DNA from: an uncultured Bacteroidales bacterium
GTDB taxonomy: Bacteria > Bacteroidota > Bacteroidia > Bacteroidales > SZUA-534
Reading direction: 5' to 3'
DNA length: 64,000 nt
Assembly: GCA_902790595.1 (NCBI GenBank)
Contig: CADASL010000005.1
Coordinates: 28,949-92,948 of the forward strand
This document shows positions 10,187 to 20,216 of the stretch, piece after piece (positions within the stretch are counted from its first letter, which is position 1; every line of letters starts with the position of its first letter). The translations under genes and the position numbers were made by a program. The notes under the pieces are model-generated. The model did no database searches. It was not told the origin of the DNA and saw only the letters and a list, made by a program, of their open reading frames with translations.

Positions 10187-11746
10187 TCACGCATTCTCTT
10201 TTTTGAAGATAATTGACAGCTTCCTTTTTACAACAGCTATTAACTTATTTTTTGTAAAAGTATCCAAACCGAAATACCATACAGTTATTAATACCGAACT
10301 TATACTAATTCCACAAATCACTATCAGCCATAAAAATTGATTCTCTATTGTATTTTTCAAATACATATATGAAATAACTGGCAAAACGACAGAGATGACC
10401 GTCACTTTCAAACAAGGTACAAAGACAGAAAAAATATCTTTCCAAGTATAATCAACTATTCTGATGATTAATATTGGCTTAACAAGTAACCCCAACAACA
10501 TATAGGTAATTAGACTAGCCCAAGAAAGCACTATTGGTGAATACCCCATCTTAAATAAGATATAAACTATTGGGAACTGAATAAACATCAAAGATGGAGA
10601 TATTAGTGCATTTTCTTTGAGCCTTCCTTTTGTATATAAAGCTCTGTAAAAAGATGTATCAAATATTGTGAACAAACTTTGAACTATTATTATTTGAAGA
10701 AATACTACTGTATATTCGGGGACTTCGACCAGCCATAATTTTAATATTGACTCAGCCCCAAGACATATTGGAAGACTTAGAATCAACATCAAATAATAAC
10801 TGAATTTTGTGGTTTGTAAAAGCAATAGCTTTGAGCCCTCATAATCTTTCTCCGCATACCGCTTTACTATTTGTGGTGTAGCTGCAGTCTGAAAATTAGT
10901 AATAAAATGAGTCGCCGCCAAATTTACTTGCAACGAAAGCGAACGAGCCACCACTACCGCTGGCGTGAAAAACATATTCAACAAAACCAATATTCCTTGA
11001 TTGTTTAAAGCTATAGTACCATTAGCGAACAAACTCCATCCTGAAAACTGCACAATTTCCTTGAATACGCTCTTATCAATTAAAAATTTAAAACGAGACT
11101 CTTCAAAATGCCTTATACAATAAATACGATAAAAAATTATAATACCTATTTGTAACAAACAAAGCAGAAATGCATATAGCTTAAGCTTATCAATATTACC
11201 CATAGGAAGGACGAAAACAATACTTAGTTGCAAAATCGCCTCCACTATAGTTACTCCGGCAAATACCGACATTTTTTCGTGCGCAATGATGCTCGCCCTA
11301 TAAGGAACTTGTGTCAACGAAAAAAAAGCGGTTAAAATGGAAAGATGGTATACAAACTCCGCGGCAGCCACTCTATCTTCTGCGATTACCAGTTTATTGT
11401 GCAAGAACCACCATCCTATTGTTTCTGCAAAAACAATGATAATTATTGCCAGACAAATATGGGTCGTGAGTGTTGTTGAGAAAATTCTTCTTAACTTTTC
11501 TTTGTCGCCCTCACCTAACCCAAACGTTATAAACCTTGATGAGCCTGTACTTAAAGCATTATTCAGAAAACTCAAAAATCCGACAATGCCACCAACAGAC
11601 TGATAGACTCCATAATCATCAACTCCAAGAATTTTTAGTACCACGCGTGAGGTATACAATGTGATTAGCATTGTAACCATCATCCGGAAATACAGATACA
11701 GTGTATTTTTCGCTATTGTCTTGCTATTAGTGGCTGTATCTACCAT
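10187..11746 (-). CDS. wzx: Polysaccharide flippase, MOP/Wzx family
   Basis: 519 aa and about 12-14 TM helices. The N-terminus KTIAKNTLYLYFRMMVTMLITLYTSRVVLKILGVDDYGVY is typical of Bacteroides CPS flippases. Confidence 0.85.
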   Translation of the reverse strand: MVDTATNSKTIAKNTLYLYFRMMVTMLITLYTSRVVLKILGVDDYGVYQSVGGIVGFLSFLNNALSTGSSRFITFGLGEGDKEKLRRIFSTTLTTHICLAIIIIVFAETIGWWFLHNKLVIAEDRVAAAEFVYHLSILTAFFSLTQVPYRASIIAHEKMSVFAGVTIVEAILQLSIVFVLPMGNIDKLKLYAFLLCLLQIGIIIFYRIYCIRHFEESRFKFLIDKSVFKEIVQFSGWSLFANGTIALNNQGILVLLNMFFTPAVVVARSLSLQVNLAATHFITNFQTAATPQIVKRYAEKDYEGSKLLLLQTTKFSYYLMLILSLPICLGAESILKLWLVEVPEYTVVFLQIIIVQSLFTIFDTSFYRALYTKGRLKENALISPSLMFIQFPIVYILFKMGYSPIVLSWASLITYMLLGLLVKPILIIRIVDYTWKDIFSVFVPCLKVTVISVVLPVISYMYLKNTIENQFLWLIVICGISISSVLITVWYFGLDTFTKNKLIAVVKRKLSIIFKKENA

Positions 11747-12915
11747 TATTTACACCTTGTTTTCTGTAAGATTTTAGAGACAGATTGTAATCCTAAACTT
11801 ATAACCCGAACAAGGATATTGTTACTATATTTGGCCAGCCAATATGTCATTTTGTCTTCAAATGTCGCATTTCCCAAATAATCAACAAATTGCAAATTGT
11901 ATTGGTTAGCGTTTAATCCTTGCTTTTCACACCACTTTTTTATTATTCTATCGGTATCAGCATCATACTTCCAATCAATGCCGTGTTGATAATTATGCGT
12001 TTTATAAGCATTTATTGTTTTTTCAATGCCTTCTTTTAAGAAAATTGTTTGTTTGAACTTTGGAACTACGGATTTAATTTTAGAATTGCTATTTATAGAA
12101 TCTATCGACCGACCGCCTAATATTTCGCCTGATCGTGACGGAAATTCTTTGGCATAAAAATCACTTGTCAAATCTACAGTAATGGCTTTATGCCCTATTA
12201 TTTCGCTCAACGTATCTAAAACATCGTTAAATGTAGGAGTTTCGTCTCCGCATACGTTAAACGCTTGATTATAAGCCAAGTCATTACCAATTAACCCTAC
12301 CACACCAACTGCAAAGTCCTCGACACGAGTCATATTACATTTGTTTATACCGCCATTCCATCTAATAATTGGTTTATCAGCCAATATCCTCGCACATAGA
12401 GTCCAATGATAACCATACTGCGGTGAAATGCCGTATGGTATACGTGTGTCGCCATACGTAACACACGGACGGATTATAGTATATTTGACATCAGTATCTT
12501 TGAATAACGCCTCAAGCTTCTGCTCACTTGCCCATTTATCTACACTATATTTCCAGACCGGTAGCACTTTGGGAGACTCCTCATTTAACAATGAACCTTC
12601 TGCAACTTGAGTGTTGTAAACGGCACAAGATGAAATGTAGAAATATTGTTTTGTGAAATTTTTATAAAACTTGACACTCTGCTCTGTTTGCTTGTCTGTA
12701 TAACACAGATAATCCATAATAGCATCAAACTTACGTCCTTTCAATGCCTCTGCTATTTTAGCAAAATCGTTTTTATCTGCTTTAATATGTTCAACATTCG
12801 CAGGTACTTGACGCCTGCCACGATTAATCATTGTGACCGCTATTCCTTGTTTCAATGCCTCTGCAGTAACAGCCGAGCTTAAAACTCCAGTACCACCAAC
12901 TATAAGAATGTTCAT
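11746..12915 (-). CDS. NAD-dependent epimerase/dehydratase-family (extended SDR) protein
   Basis: 389 aa. It has the Rossmann motif MNILIVGGTGVLS and a central YSVDKW (YxxxK) motif. Confidence 0.75.
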   Translation of the reverse strand: MNILIVGGTGVLSSAVTAEALKQGIAVTMINRGRRQVPANVEHIKADKNDFAKIAEALKGRKFDAIMDYLCYTDKQTEQSVKFYKNFTKQYFYISSCAVYNTQVAEGSLLNEESPKVLPVWKYSVDKWASEQKLEALFKDTDVKYTIIRPCVTYGDTRIPYGISPQYGYHWTLCARILADKPIIRWNGGINKCNMTRVEDFAVGVVGLIGNDLAYNQAFNVCGDETPTFNDVLDTLSEIIGHKAITVDLTSDFYAKEFPSRSGEILGGRSIDSINSNSKIKSVVPKFKQTIFLKEGIEKTINAYKTHNYQHGIDWKYDADTDRIIKKWCEKQGLNANQYNLQFVDYLGNATFEDKMTYWLAKYSNNILVRVISLGLQSVSKILQKTRCK

Positions 12916-12927
12916 TATTACCGTCCC

Positions 12928-13923
12928 CTAAAATTTCAATACCGCTGCCCCCCAACTCAATCCCACACCAAATCCAGCAATGATGACATTCATTCCGGTC
13001 TTTATTATCTTATTGTCAAGACAATCTTTCAATCCGATTAGAATAGTAGAAGATACCGTATTGCCCGTATTTTCAAGATTTATGTAAAAGCTTTCTTGCG
13101 GTATGTCGCAAATCTTACGTATTGTACTGAGCATATACTTGTTGGCTTGATGGAAAAGATAATAATCGATTTTATCTTTAGTCATATTGTTCTTTTCCAA
13201 TACATTGACCAACAAATTAGGTATTACATCCACTGTAAAATTGAAAATTTCGCCACCATTCATAAAAAGGTAGTCGTCACAACGAACATTCCCATTGACA
13301 TCAACGGTTTCTATACCAGTGCGTATCTTATGACGTGCCGCGCCAGTTTTCAAAATCAAGTTGTCATATCCGCCCCCATCCGTTCCCAAAACAAATTCGC
13401 CTATCTCTGCGAATCCATCCGTAGAAATCAGGCACGCAGCTGCACCGTCACCAAAAATAGAACGGTTGCCCTTGTCTTTAGGATGCAGATATTTTGTATA
13501 AGTTTCCGCAGTTAACAGGAGAATGTTTTTGGCCACGCCCGATACAATCAAACCTTTTGCAACCGCCATTCCATACACGCAGCCCGAACAACCCAAATTA
13601 TAGTCGAAAGCACCCGCCGAAATCGGGATACCTAATTTATGTTGCAAAATACAGGCTGTTGACGGCAGAAAAAAATCGGGGCTTTGTGTACAAAACAACA
13701 CAAAATCAACAGTTTGAGGACTAATGTTATAATCATTGAAAAGTTTTTGCGCTGCCTTAAATGCCATATCGCCCGCGGTTTCGTCATTCGCGGAGATATG
13801 CCTTTGATTGACGCCGACTTTCTTCGCAACCTTTTCAACGCTCCATTCCGGGAACTCTTTGATAAGTTCTTCGTTTGTAAGAACTTGAGATGGAAGATAA
13901 CTTGAAATTGCCTTAATAAACAT
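12928..13923 (-). CDS. 3-oxoacyl-ACP synthase III (KAS III / FabH-like)
   Basis: 331 aa. The active-site context is FDYNLGCSGCVYG. The C-terminal motifs HQANKYM and ENTGNTVSSTI give the Cys-His-Asn triad. Confidence 0.85.
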   Translation of the reverse strand: MFIKAISSYLPSQVLTNEELIKEFPEWSVEKVAKKVGVNQRHISANDETAGDMAFKAAQKLFNDYNISPQTVDFVLFCTQSPDFFLPSTACILQHKLGIPISAGAFDYNLGCSGCVYGMAVAKGLIVSGVAKNILLLTAETYTKYLHPKDKGNRSIFGDGAAACLISTDGFAEIGEFVLGTDGGGYDNLILKTGAARHKIRTGIETVDVNGNVRCDDYLFMNGGEIFNFTVDVIPNLLVNVLEKNNMTKDKIDYYLFHQANKYMLSTIRKICDIPQESFYINLENTGNTVSSTILIGLKDCLDNKIIKTGMNVIIAGFGVGLSWGAAVLKF

Positions 13924-13926
13924 ACT

Positions 13927-14673
13927 TTATGATAAATTAATTACCCCGCCAGTAATCTTAACATTACTTATTGTCATCCAACTCGCAGCCTCAGATAGTA
14001 AGTAAACCGCCAAATTCGCTATGTCTTCGGGATTTCCATACCGCTTTAAAGGATAACGTTTTTCATCTTCGGCAAGTTGTTCTTCTGAAATACCGTCAGC
14101 ATAAATTAAGTTCGTTTTTACCATAGCAGGGCTTATGACGTTTACACGAACTTGCCGTACAGCCAATTCTTTGCCAAGACATTGCGCATAGGAAATTAAT
14201 GCCCCTTTTGACGCCGAATATATTGCGTTGCCGATTGATGGTGATTCTGCGGCTATTGATCCAACAAAAATAATAGATGCAGATTTGTTAATTTTTTTTT
14301 GTTTCAGAAGTTCGGTTTGCAGCAGAATTGGCGCCTTGAAATTCGTGTTCATAACAGTGTCAATGTCTTGTTCTGTAAGTTGTTTACACAAAATTCTTTG
14401 ACCTATTCCAGCACAATGCACCACGCCATCGAGATTAGGAATAGTTTCAACAATCTTAGACAACACCGCGGTATCGGTCAGGTCGCATACAATTTTTTGA
14501 TGTCCACCATCAAGCATTTGTGTGAATGTGTCGTTGAGTCGAGCCGCATTTCGCCCTGATACAATGACTGTTGCACCCATCTCAGCGCATAAAATAGCAG
14601 TTGCTTTTCCTATGCCCGATGATGCTCCGGTTACAAAAATTGTCTTGCCTTTTAGCGAGAAAGGATTCTGCAT
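13927..14673 (-). CDS. SDR-family oxidoreductase (FabG-like 3-oxoacyl-ACP reductase)
   Basis: 248 aa with VTGASSGIGKA, YSASKGAL (YxxxK) and a classical short-chain dehydrogenase length. Confidence 0.85.
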   Translation of the reverse strand: MQNPFSLKGKTIFVTGASSGIGKATAILCAEMGATVIVSGRNAARLNDTFTQMLDGGHQKIVCDLTDTAVLSKIVETIPNLDGVVHCAGIGQRILCKQLTEQDIDTVMNTNFKAPILLQTELLKQKKINKSASIIFVGSIAAESPSIGNAIYSASKGALISYAQCLGKELAVRQVRVNVISPAMVKTNLIYADGISEEQLAEDEKRYPLKRYGNPEDIANLAVYLLSEAASWMTISNVKITGGVINLS

Positions 14674-14679
14674 AAAACT

Positions 14680-14907
14680 TTATTTGTTGACAATCAAATT
14701 ATAAAGTTCGTCGATGGTTTCGCAATCCTTTAATTCTTTAGCGGTAATTGTTTTGCTGTATTTGGTTTTTATCATCGCAATTATTGCCATTCCTGTCAAG
14801 GATGACCATTCATCGAGTTGATGGAACTCACAGTCTGGAGTAAACTCAGAACTGTCTGTGTCTTCAAATTGTTCAGAGAAATTCTCAATAAAATCATTTA
14901 ATTCCAT
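14680..14907 (-). CDS. Acyl carrier protein
   Basis: I start at the internal ATG 14907 (MELNDFIENFSEQFEDTD...LDEWSSLTGMAIIAMI...), giving 75 aa. It is acidic, and its D-x-W-S-S-L segment matches the phosphopantetheine-serine context (DSL). Confidence 0.75.
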   Translation of the reverse strand: MELNDFIENFSEQFEDTDSSEFTPDCEFHQLDEWSSLTGMAIIAMIKTKYSKTITAKELKDCETIDELYNLIVNK

Positions 14908-14920
14908 AGTAAAAAAGTAT

Positions 14921-16714
14921 TTAGTATTTCCACAAAATATCTTCATCAACCACCTCTGCTGGATGACCAGAAGCAAGCGAATATGCCGGGACATTTTTCA
15001 ACACAAGCGATAGCGCTCCAACAATTGCACCATCGCCAATTTTGACACCTGGCATTACGGTGCAAGACTCGGTAAGCCATACTTTGTCGCCAATGATTAC
15101 AGGTCGGCTATTTTTATACCCTTGACGGTTCATATAATGCATTCCATTGTTGTCTCTGATTGTGATATGCCGCCCGAGTTTTGTAGTTTTGCCAATTTCA
15201 ATCCTTTCTTGACATATGATTGTTGTACCGATGTTTGTAGCAACATCATCACCAATTTTTATAATCGCGTTTGGAAAAACCTCTATATCTGCACCATAAC
15301 CAATAGTTGCTCCACCTTCAAATTCTAGTATACCATTTTTGTCTACCAAAATTCTTGTTTCGAGTTTTGAGTTAGGAAATTTCTTAGACCCTAAAATGAC
15401 AATGCCATTCTTAATGATTTTGCCTCCTTTTTTTATTGCAATTATCGTGTGCGGTGCAGGCAGAATCGCCTGTCCATGTAATACCTCAGAAATCTTGTTA
15501 TATTTAACAAACTGGTACAATGCTTTCGGATTTAGTCTCGTAGTTCTTACAAATTTGAGCACGAATTTCATTAAGCTAATGATTTTCAATTTTATGCTAC
15601 TATTCCCAGAAAAATTGTACTTCTTTGCCAATTCAAGAAACGACATCGAATCAACATCCTTGAAGAATTGGTCGCGGTCAATTTTTGTCGGTTCCAATGA
15701 TTTATGAAGTGAGCGATTGCCTGCCTCAATACTTTTGAAAGGAACATCGACGTAGTTGATTCGCTTTTTTACCTCTTCAAAGTATTTTTCGCCTTTTGAA
15801 GAATTGACCATTACCAACGATGTTCCAAGATTTTTTTCCATACTCGTATTAACGTTTTCAATTCCCCAAAAATCCGCCAAAGTTATATCTGCGATTCTTG
15901 GATACCCCTTGAATTTGCAGTCATAACAAGACGGGCGACAATAAACACCTGTTTTGAGATAGCCCTTTGTAAAATTGCTTTGTTTTCTCGTTTCGTAATA
16001 CGCTTTCCCATTTTCAAGAATTACCTTTTGTGTAAGGTTACGCCATCCGTATTCTTTAGATTTAGCCTTGCAATAAACAACTTTTGAACCATAACGTTCC
16101 TCAAAAGAATCAAGATATTTACGCCAAACTTTGGGGGAATTGATACCTCTACAAATGTAATCGGCGATGATAAGATTCTCATACTCTTTCCTCAGAAACG
16201 ACCTCAGAGCCGCCATTTGGCACGGAGAACCGCAAACAAGCACTTTTTCCCCATTTTTTAACAAATCTTTAACTTGTTTGTAAAAACCATCGAACCGACT
16301 CTGTAAATACTTGCTACTCCTAAGTTTGGGTAAATCCTTTTTATCATTTGAAATATAATGCCTTACCGAAAAATCCTCATTGAAAATTGCTCCCCCTACA
16401 TATCCTTCGCTTTTGTACATTATATCAGCCAACGCAGAAAACACACCTCCCGAAGTACTATCGAATACCACTTCGAGGTTTTTATGTTCAGCAGCATAAC
16501 AAATAGACTCTGGCAAGTCATTCTTTTTGATATCTTTAATATTGATAATCGGACAAACCTTTTCGCAAAGTCCACAATTATTGCATTTTTCTTTGTCAAC
16601 CTCAGGATACCAGAAGCCTTCATTATCAGTCTTAAAAGTGATAGCATTGCGGTTACAGATGTCGCCACAAGCGTTGCAACCACAGCAATCTATTTTATTT
16701 TGAATTGAAATCAT
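14921..16714 (-). CDS. Fusion protein: 2x[4Fe-4S] ferredoxin + FrhB/FdhB-like (F420 hydrogenase beta-subunit family) domain + C-terminal hexapeptide-repeat acyltransferase
   Basis: 597 aa. The N-terminus has CCGCNACGDIC...CNNCGLCEKVCP. The middle resembles the FrhB family (VCGSPCQMAAL, ADFWG). The last ~190 aa form a left-handed beta-helix acetyltransferase (IGDKVWLTESCTVMPGVKIGDGAIVGALSLV). Confidence 0.75.
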   Translation of the reverse strand: MISIQNKIDCCGCNACGDICNRNAITFKTDNEGFWYPEVDKEKCNNCGLCEKVCPIINIKDIKKNDLPESICYAAEHKNLEVVFDSTSGGVFSALADIMYKSEGYVGGAIFNEDFSVRHYISNDKKDLPKLRSSKYLQSRFDGFYKQVKDLLKNGEKVLVCGSPCQMAALRSFLRKEYENLIIADYICRGINSPKVWRKYLDSFEERYGSKVVYCKAKSKEYGWRNLTQKVILENGKAYYETRKQSNFTKGYLKTGVYCRPSCYDCKFKGYPRIADITLADFWGIENVNTSMEKNLGTSLVMVNSSKGEKYFEEVKKRINYVDVPFKSIEAGNRSLHKSLEPTKIDRDQFFKDVDSMSFLELAKKYNFSGNSSIKLKIISLMKFVLKFVRTTRLNPKALYQFVKYNKISEVLHGQAILPAPHTIIAIKKGGKIIKNGIVILGSKKFPNSKLETRILVDKNGILEFEGGATIGYGADIEVFPNAIIKIGDDVATNIGTTIICQERIEIGKTTKLGRHITIRDNNGMHYMNRQGYKNSRPVIIGDKVWLTESCTVMPGVKIGDGAIVGALSLVLKNVPAYSLASGHPAEVVDEDILWKY

Positions 16715-17994
16715 AAATTAGAAGATTGAACTATATGTTGTTTATTTATCGAGACACATAACCAAATAGACACCAACCAAGTATATAACAATGGTATGTC
16801 GTAGAGTGCATTACCGGAAAACCAAAATAAATAATAGAAAATCATAAATGCCATAGAGCAACAACGGCAAGTCCCGAAAACGAAAGTTCGTTTTTGTTGT
16901 GCATCTAAATTCCTAATTACTAATCGGTTTCTTCTAAAACATACACCCAAATAATACAAGTTAATTAAAATCACAGGAATAAAACCAACAATACCGACTT
17001 CGGCTAATAATTGTAAAAAAACGTTATGGCCTTGATTAGGTTTTCCTGACGCAGATCTGGCTCGAGAGAAGTCGCTAAAGTTTTCCCATCCTATACCAAA
17101 TAATTTATGTGTTTCAAACTGTTCTAAGACATTCCTATATATTGCTAATCGGCCAGATAATATCTTATTGGCATCTCCGGTGCCATCTTTAATCATCGTG
17201 AATAATGCTAAAAATCTATTAAATATCGGAACCGAAGGGAACATATTTGCGACTACAATCAAAAGGACAACGGAGCCGACAAATGCTATCAATAGTTTTA
17301 AGAATCTATTAAATTTCTGTTTGGGAGATGCGTTAAAAAAATAAATCATTAATAATATAATAACAAAAAATAATAGAGCCGAACGTTTGTTGGTTAATAG
17401 TAAAGCTATAAACAAAAATACCACCCTCGCATATTTCTTTTTCTTTGTTATTTCATAATCATACACGTAAGCGAACATTCCTAAAACAATATACAGTGCC
17501 GTATATCCTATCTGATGATTAATACCCGGGCAATACCCTTTCTGTATAGCTCGTATATAACCATCCACAGTTGCACGATCAAAAAACACCAATTCCGCAT
17601 AACCGCACATTAAGTTTGGGAATATCTTGGTAACAAAAACAAATATTGCATAAACTATTGCTGCTCGTTTTATAACATCCAAAGCTAATCGCATATCTTT
17701 TTCATCTGGTCGAATAAACACAAGAGCTTCTATTAGAATAAAAAAATACACGAAACTTTTGTGCGGTTCAGTTGACCATAATAGCATAATAGCATACAAC
17801 AATAGTATTGGAAACACATATGCTCTAATAGTTATAGACATTCTCTCGTATGCCAAAACAGGAATAGCCGCCATTACTGCGGCTGCTCCCACATAATATG
17901 GTATAATTGTTTGGAATACAAACAAAAAGCAGAAATATATCATAAATATATAAACTGCCAATTGCTTTGATGTAAAATACATATTTAACCTCAT
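16711..17994 (-). CDS. wzy: O-antigen/CPS polymerase (Wzy, O-antigen-ligase-like family)
   Basis: 427 aa and about 10-11 TM helices. It has a periplasmic loop, KPNQGHNVFLQLLAEVGIVGF (Wzy_C signature), and an ATGA overlap with the upstream gene. Confidence 0.75.
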   Translation of the reverse strand: MRLNMYFTSKQLAVYIFMIYFCFLFVFQTIIPYYVGAAAVMAAIPVLAYERMSITIRAYVFPILLLYAIMLLWSTEPHKSFVYFFILIEALVFIRPDEKDMRLALDVIKRAAIVYAIFVFVTKIFPNLMCGYAELVFFDRATVDGYIRAIQKGYCPGINHQIGYTALYIVLGMFAYVYDYEITKKKKYARVVFLFIALLLTNKRSALLFFVIILLMIYFFNASPKQKFNRFLKLLIAFVGSVVLLIVVANMFPSVPIFNRFLALFTMIKDGTGDANKILSGRLAIYRNVLEQFETHKLFGIGWENFSDFSRARSASGKPNQGHNVFLQLLAEVGIVGFIPVILINLYYLGVCFRRNRLVIRNLDAQQKRTFVFGTCRCCSMAFMIFYYLFWFSGNALYDIPLLYTWLVSIWLCVSINKQHIVQSSNL

Positions 17995-19145
17995 CTGTTA
18001 AATAATTCTTTTGCTTCTGCTGCTTTAGCGATATAATCGGGCATTATAGCCTTCAAGTGATTTACAATACTCATTTCGTTGCTTTCCATCCATCGAAACT
18101 TTGACAGCAATTCGTCATTCGATTTCATATTATGTATATCTACAACATAATTATTAGCTGTGCCAAAAATATCAGTCGCTATGCCATCAGCTTTCACCGA
18201 ATAACCGGCGACTAATGTAGGCACACAAGTAGAATACGATGCAATCGAAGCATGGGTTCTTGCCGTAATTAAGAATCTGCATTTACTGATTATATATTTT
18301 AATTGCATACAATTCATTTTTCCTGACTCATTCACCATATGCATTCGCGGATTATTTGGGAAACTATTTAAAAGCTTTCTTAAAGCATCCCTATCATCAT
18401 TGTTCTCTTTACACACGTGGGGGATAAGAACCACATTCATATCAGTATTCTGTAGAATATAGTCAACGCATTTTTTAAAATTAGAAAAGACATTTTGTGC
18501 AGTCTTATCCAATTTCAATACCAATGGGCTCAAATTAATACCAACTACCTTCTTGTCATTAAACAACGCCGGCAATTCACACTTTTCACATTTTAAAGTG
18601 AAAGCCGGATCTGGATACAAATATACATTCTTGATACCTTTTTCTTTTAAGGCGTTATATGTTATTGATTCTCTCGCCGTAATAAAAGAATACAACCGCA
18701 TATCATCTACAACGCTTTCATTGTCTAATATTTTTGGTTCAATAGAACATCCCCACAATGCAGTTTTTGCACCTTTCTTATTTAATGATTGATTAACATA
18801 ATGTAAATATTGATTCGCATTATAACAATAATTATCACCACCAATGGACAAATACAAATCTCCTTTCTTCACAGAGTTCAAAACATTTTTGTAGGCATAT
18901 TTATATTTGATGTTGGGATTATGAAATAATAGTTCAATTATTTTGCACACAATGAACATTGGGTTAATCTTTCTCCGCTTTCCGCCTTGTGATTCAATGT
19001 TACACAAGTTGTCCAAATTAACAGCCTTATCTTCTGCACTATTCCCCGAAAAAAGAGTCACGGATTCATCAGTCATTTCTAAAGTAGTTCTTACTATAGC
19101 CTCACAACCATGATTCAAACTCCCAGCATGCATGTAAAAAAACAT
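17991..19145 (-). CDS. Polysaccharide pyruvyl transferase family protein
   Basis: 384 aa. The N-terminus GSLNHGCEAIVRTT, the GGDNYCY motif and ITARTHASIASYSTCVPT are characteristic of the WcaK/CsaB-type pyruvyl transferases seen in CPS loci. Confidence 0.75.
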   Translation of the reverse strand: MFFYMHAGSLNHGCEAIVRTTLEMTDESVTLFSGNSAEDKAVNLDNLCNIESQGGKRRKINPMFIVCKIIELLFHNPNIKYKYAYKNVLNSVKKGDLYLSIGGDNYCYNANQYLHYVNQSLNKKGAKTALWGCSIEPKILDNESVVDDMRLYSFITARESITYNALKEKGIKNVYLYPDPAFTLKCEKCELPALFNDKKVVGINLSPLVLKLDKTAQNVFSNFKKCVDYILQNTDMNVVLIPHVCKENNDDRDALRKLLNSFPNNPRMHMVNESGKMNCMQLKYIISKCRFLITARTHASIASYSTCVPTLVAGYSVKADGIATDIFGTANNYVVDIHNMKSNDELLSKFRWMESNEMSIVNHLKAIMPDYIAKAAEAKELFNR

Positions 19146-19160
19146 AGATACCTCCCTATC

Positions 19161-20183
19161 TTACAATCTTTTTAATAAAATCTGCCACAGATTTATTTTA
19201 CACAAGAAAAACAATATCTTGTATTTTTGTGGCAAATATCTTTTTACTTCTTTATTAGTAATTATTTCCCAAGGTTTTGATTCAAGTAATGAATGAACGA
19301 TAATGTTTTTATCTCTAAAACTCATACTATTACTTGGTGATAACAATTCGTATCTCAAAATACAATAGAATTCCACTGCAACATTTTTCCCATATACATC
19401 TATGTTTTCTAAACAGAAAGACTTATGAGTATTATACAAACAATTCAAGTATTTCTCGACTTTTTCAATTCTATTGCCATAATACTTTCGTATTGCCGAC
19501 GAAGAACTGACAAGATAGCCATACCACACATTATAAACAATGCATACTTTGCTGCATTTACATAACAGGTTCAAATTCCACAACAAATCTTCACCTATCG
19601 GCATTCCCAAAGGAAATGGGGTTGATATTGCCACTTCTCTTTTTATCAATCTGCAATAAGGCCCTCTGTTTATATACCCATTTCCGTTGATGTTTTTATA
19701 CTTTGGATTATCAAGCGCTAAATAATGCCTTTTAAGTTCTGTTATTCCATTCTTATTTAATACTTCACTTTTGGATGTAAAGATACCTGAATAATCAAAA
19801 TCAGAATGAGATTTAATTTTACTAACTCCAGATATTACAAGGTCAGCATTGTTTTCAACAATACACTTATGAGCTTCCTCTAAAGAGTGATATGCCAATA
19901 AATCATCAGCATCGACATAGATTACGTAATCTCCTTTGGCTGCTTTAGTACCATTATTCCTTGCAGCACTAACTCCTTGATTATTTTGATGAATTGCCAA
20001 GATTCTATCATCTTTTTTTGCAATTTCATCGCAGTATGAAGCGACATCTTTGAGCGAGCCATCATCAACGAGCAAAACTTCAATATTAGAATAAGATTGT
20101 TTTAAAACAGAGCTTATACACGATTCCAGTAATTTTTTATCTACATTATAGACTGGTATAATAATACTAATTAAATGCTCCAT
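19161..20183 (-). CDS. Family 2 glycosyltransferase
   Basis: 340 aa with ISIIIPVYNVDKKLLESCISSVLKQSYSNIEVLLVDDGS and a YVDADD (DxD) motif. Confidence 0.9.
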   Translation of the reverse strand: MEHLISIIIPVYNVDKKLLESCISSVLKQSYSNIEVLLVDDGSLKDVASYCDEIAKKDDRILAIHQNNQGVSAARNNGTKAAKGDYVIYVDADDLLAYHSLEEAHKCIVENNADLVISGVSKIKSHSDFDYSGIFTSKSEVLNKNGITELKRHYLALDNPKYKNINGNGYINRGPYCRLIKREVAISTPFPLGMPIGEDLLWNLNLLCKCSKVCIVYNVWYGYLVSSSSAIRKYYGNRIEKVEKYLNCLYNTHKSFCLENIDVYGKNVAVEFYCILRYELLSPSNSMSFRDKNIIVHSLLESKPWEIITNKEVKRYLPQKYKILFFLCKINLWQILLKRL

Positions 20184-20216
20184 TTTATTTATAACCTCTT
20201 TTCAAACAGGGAAAGA

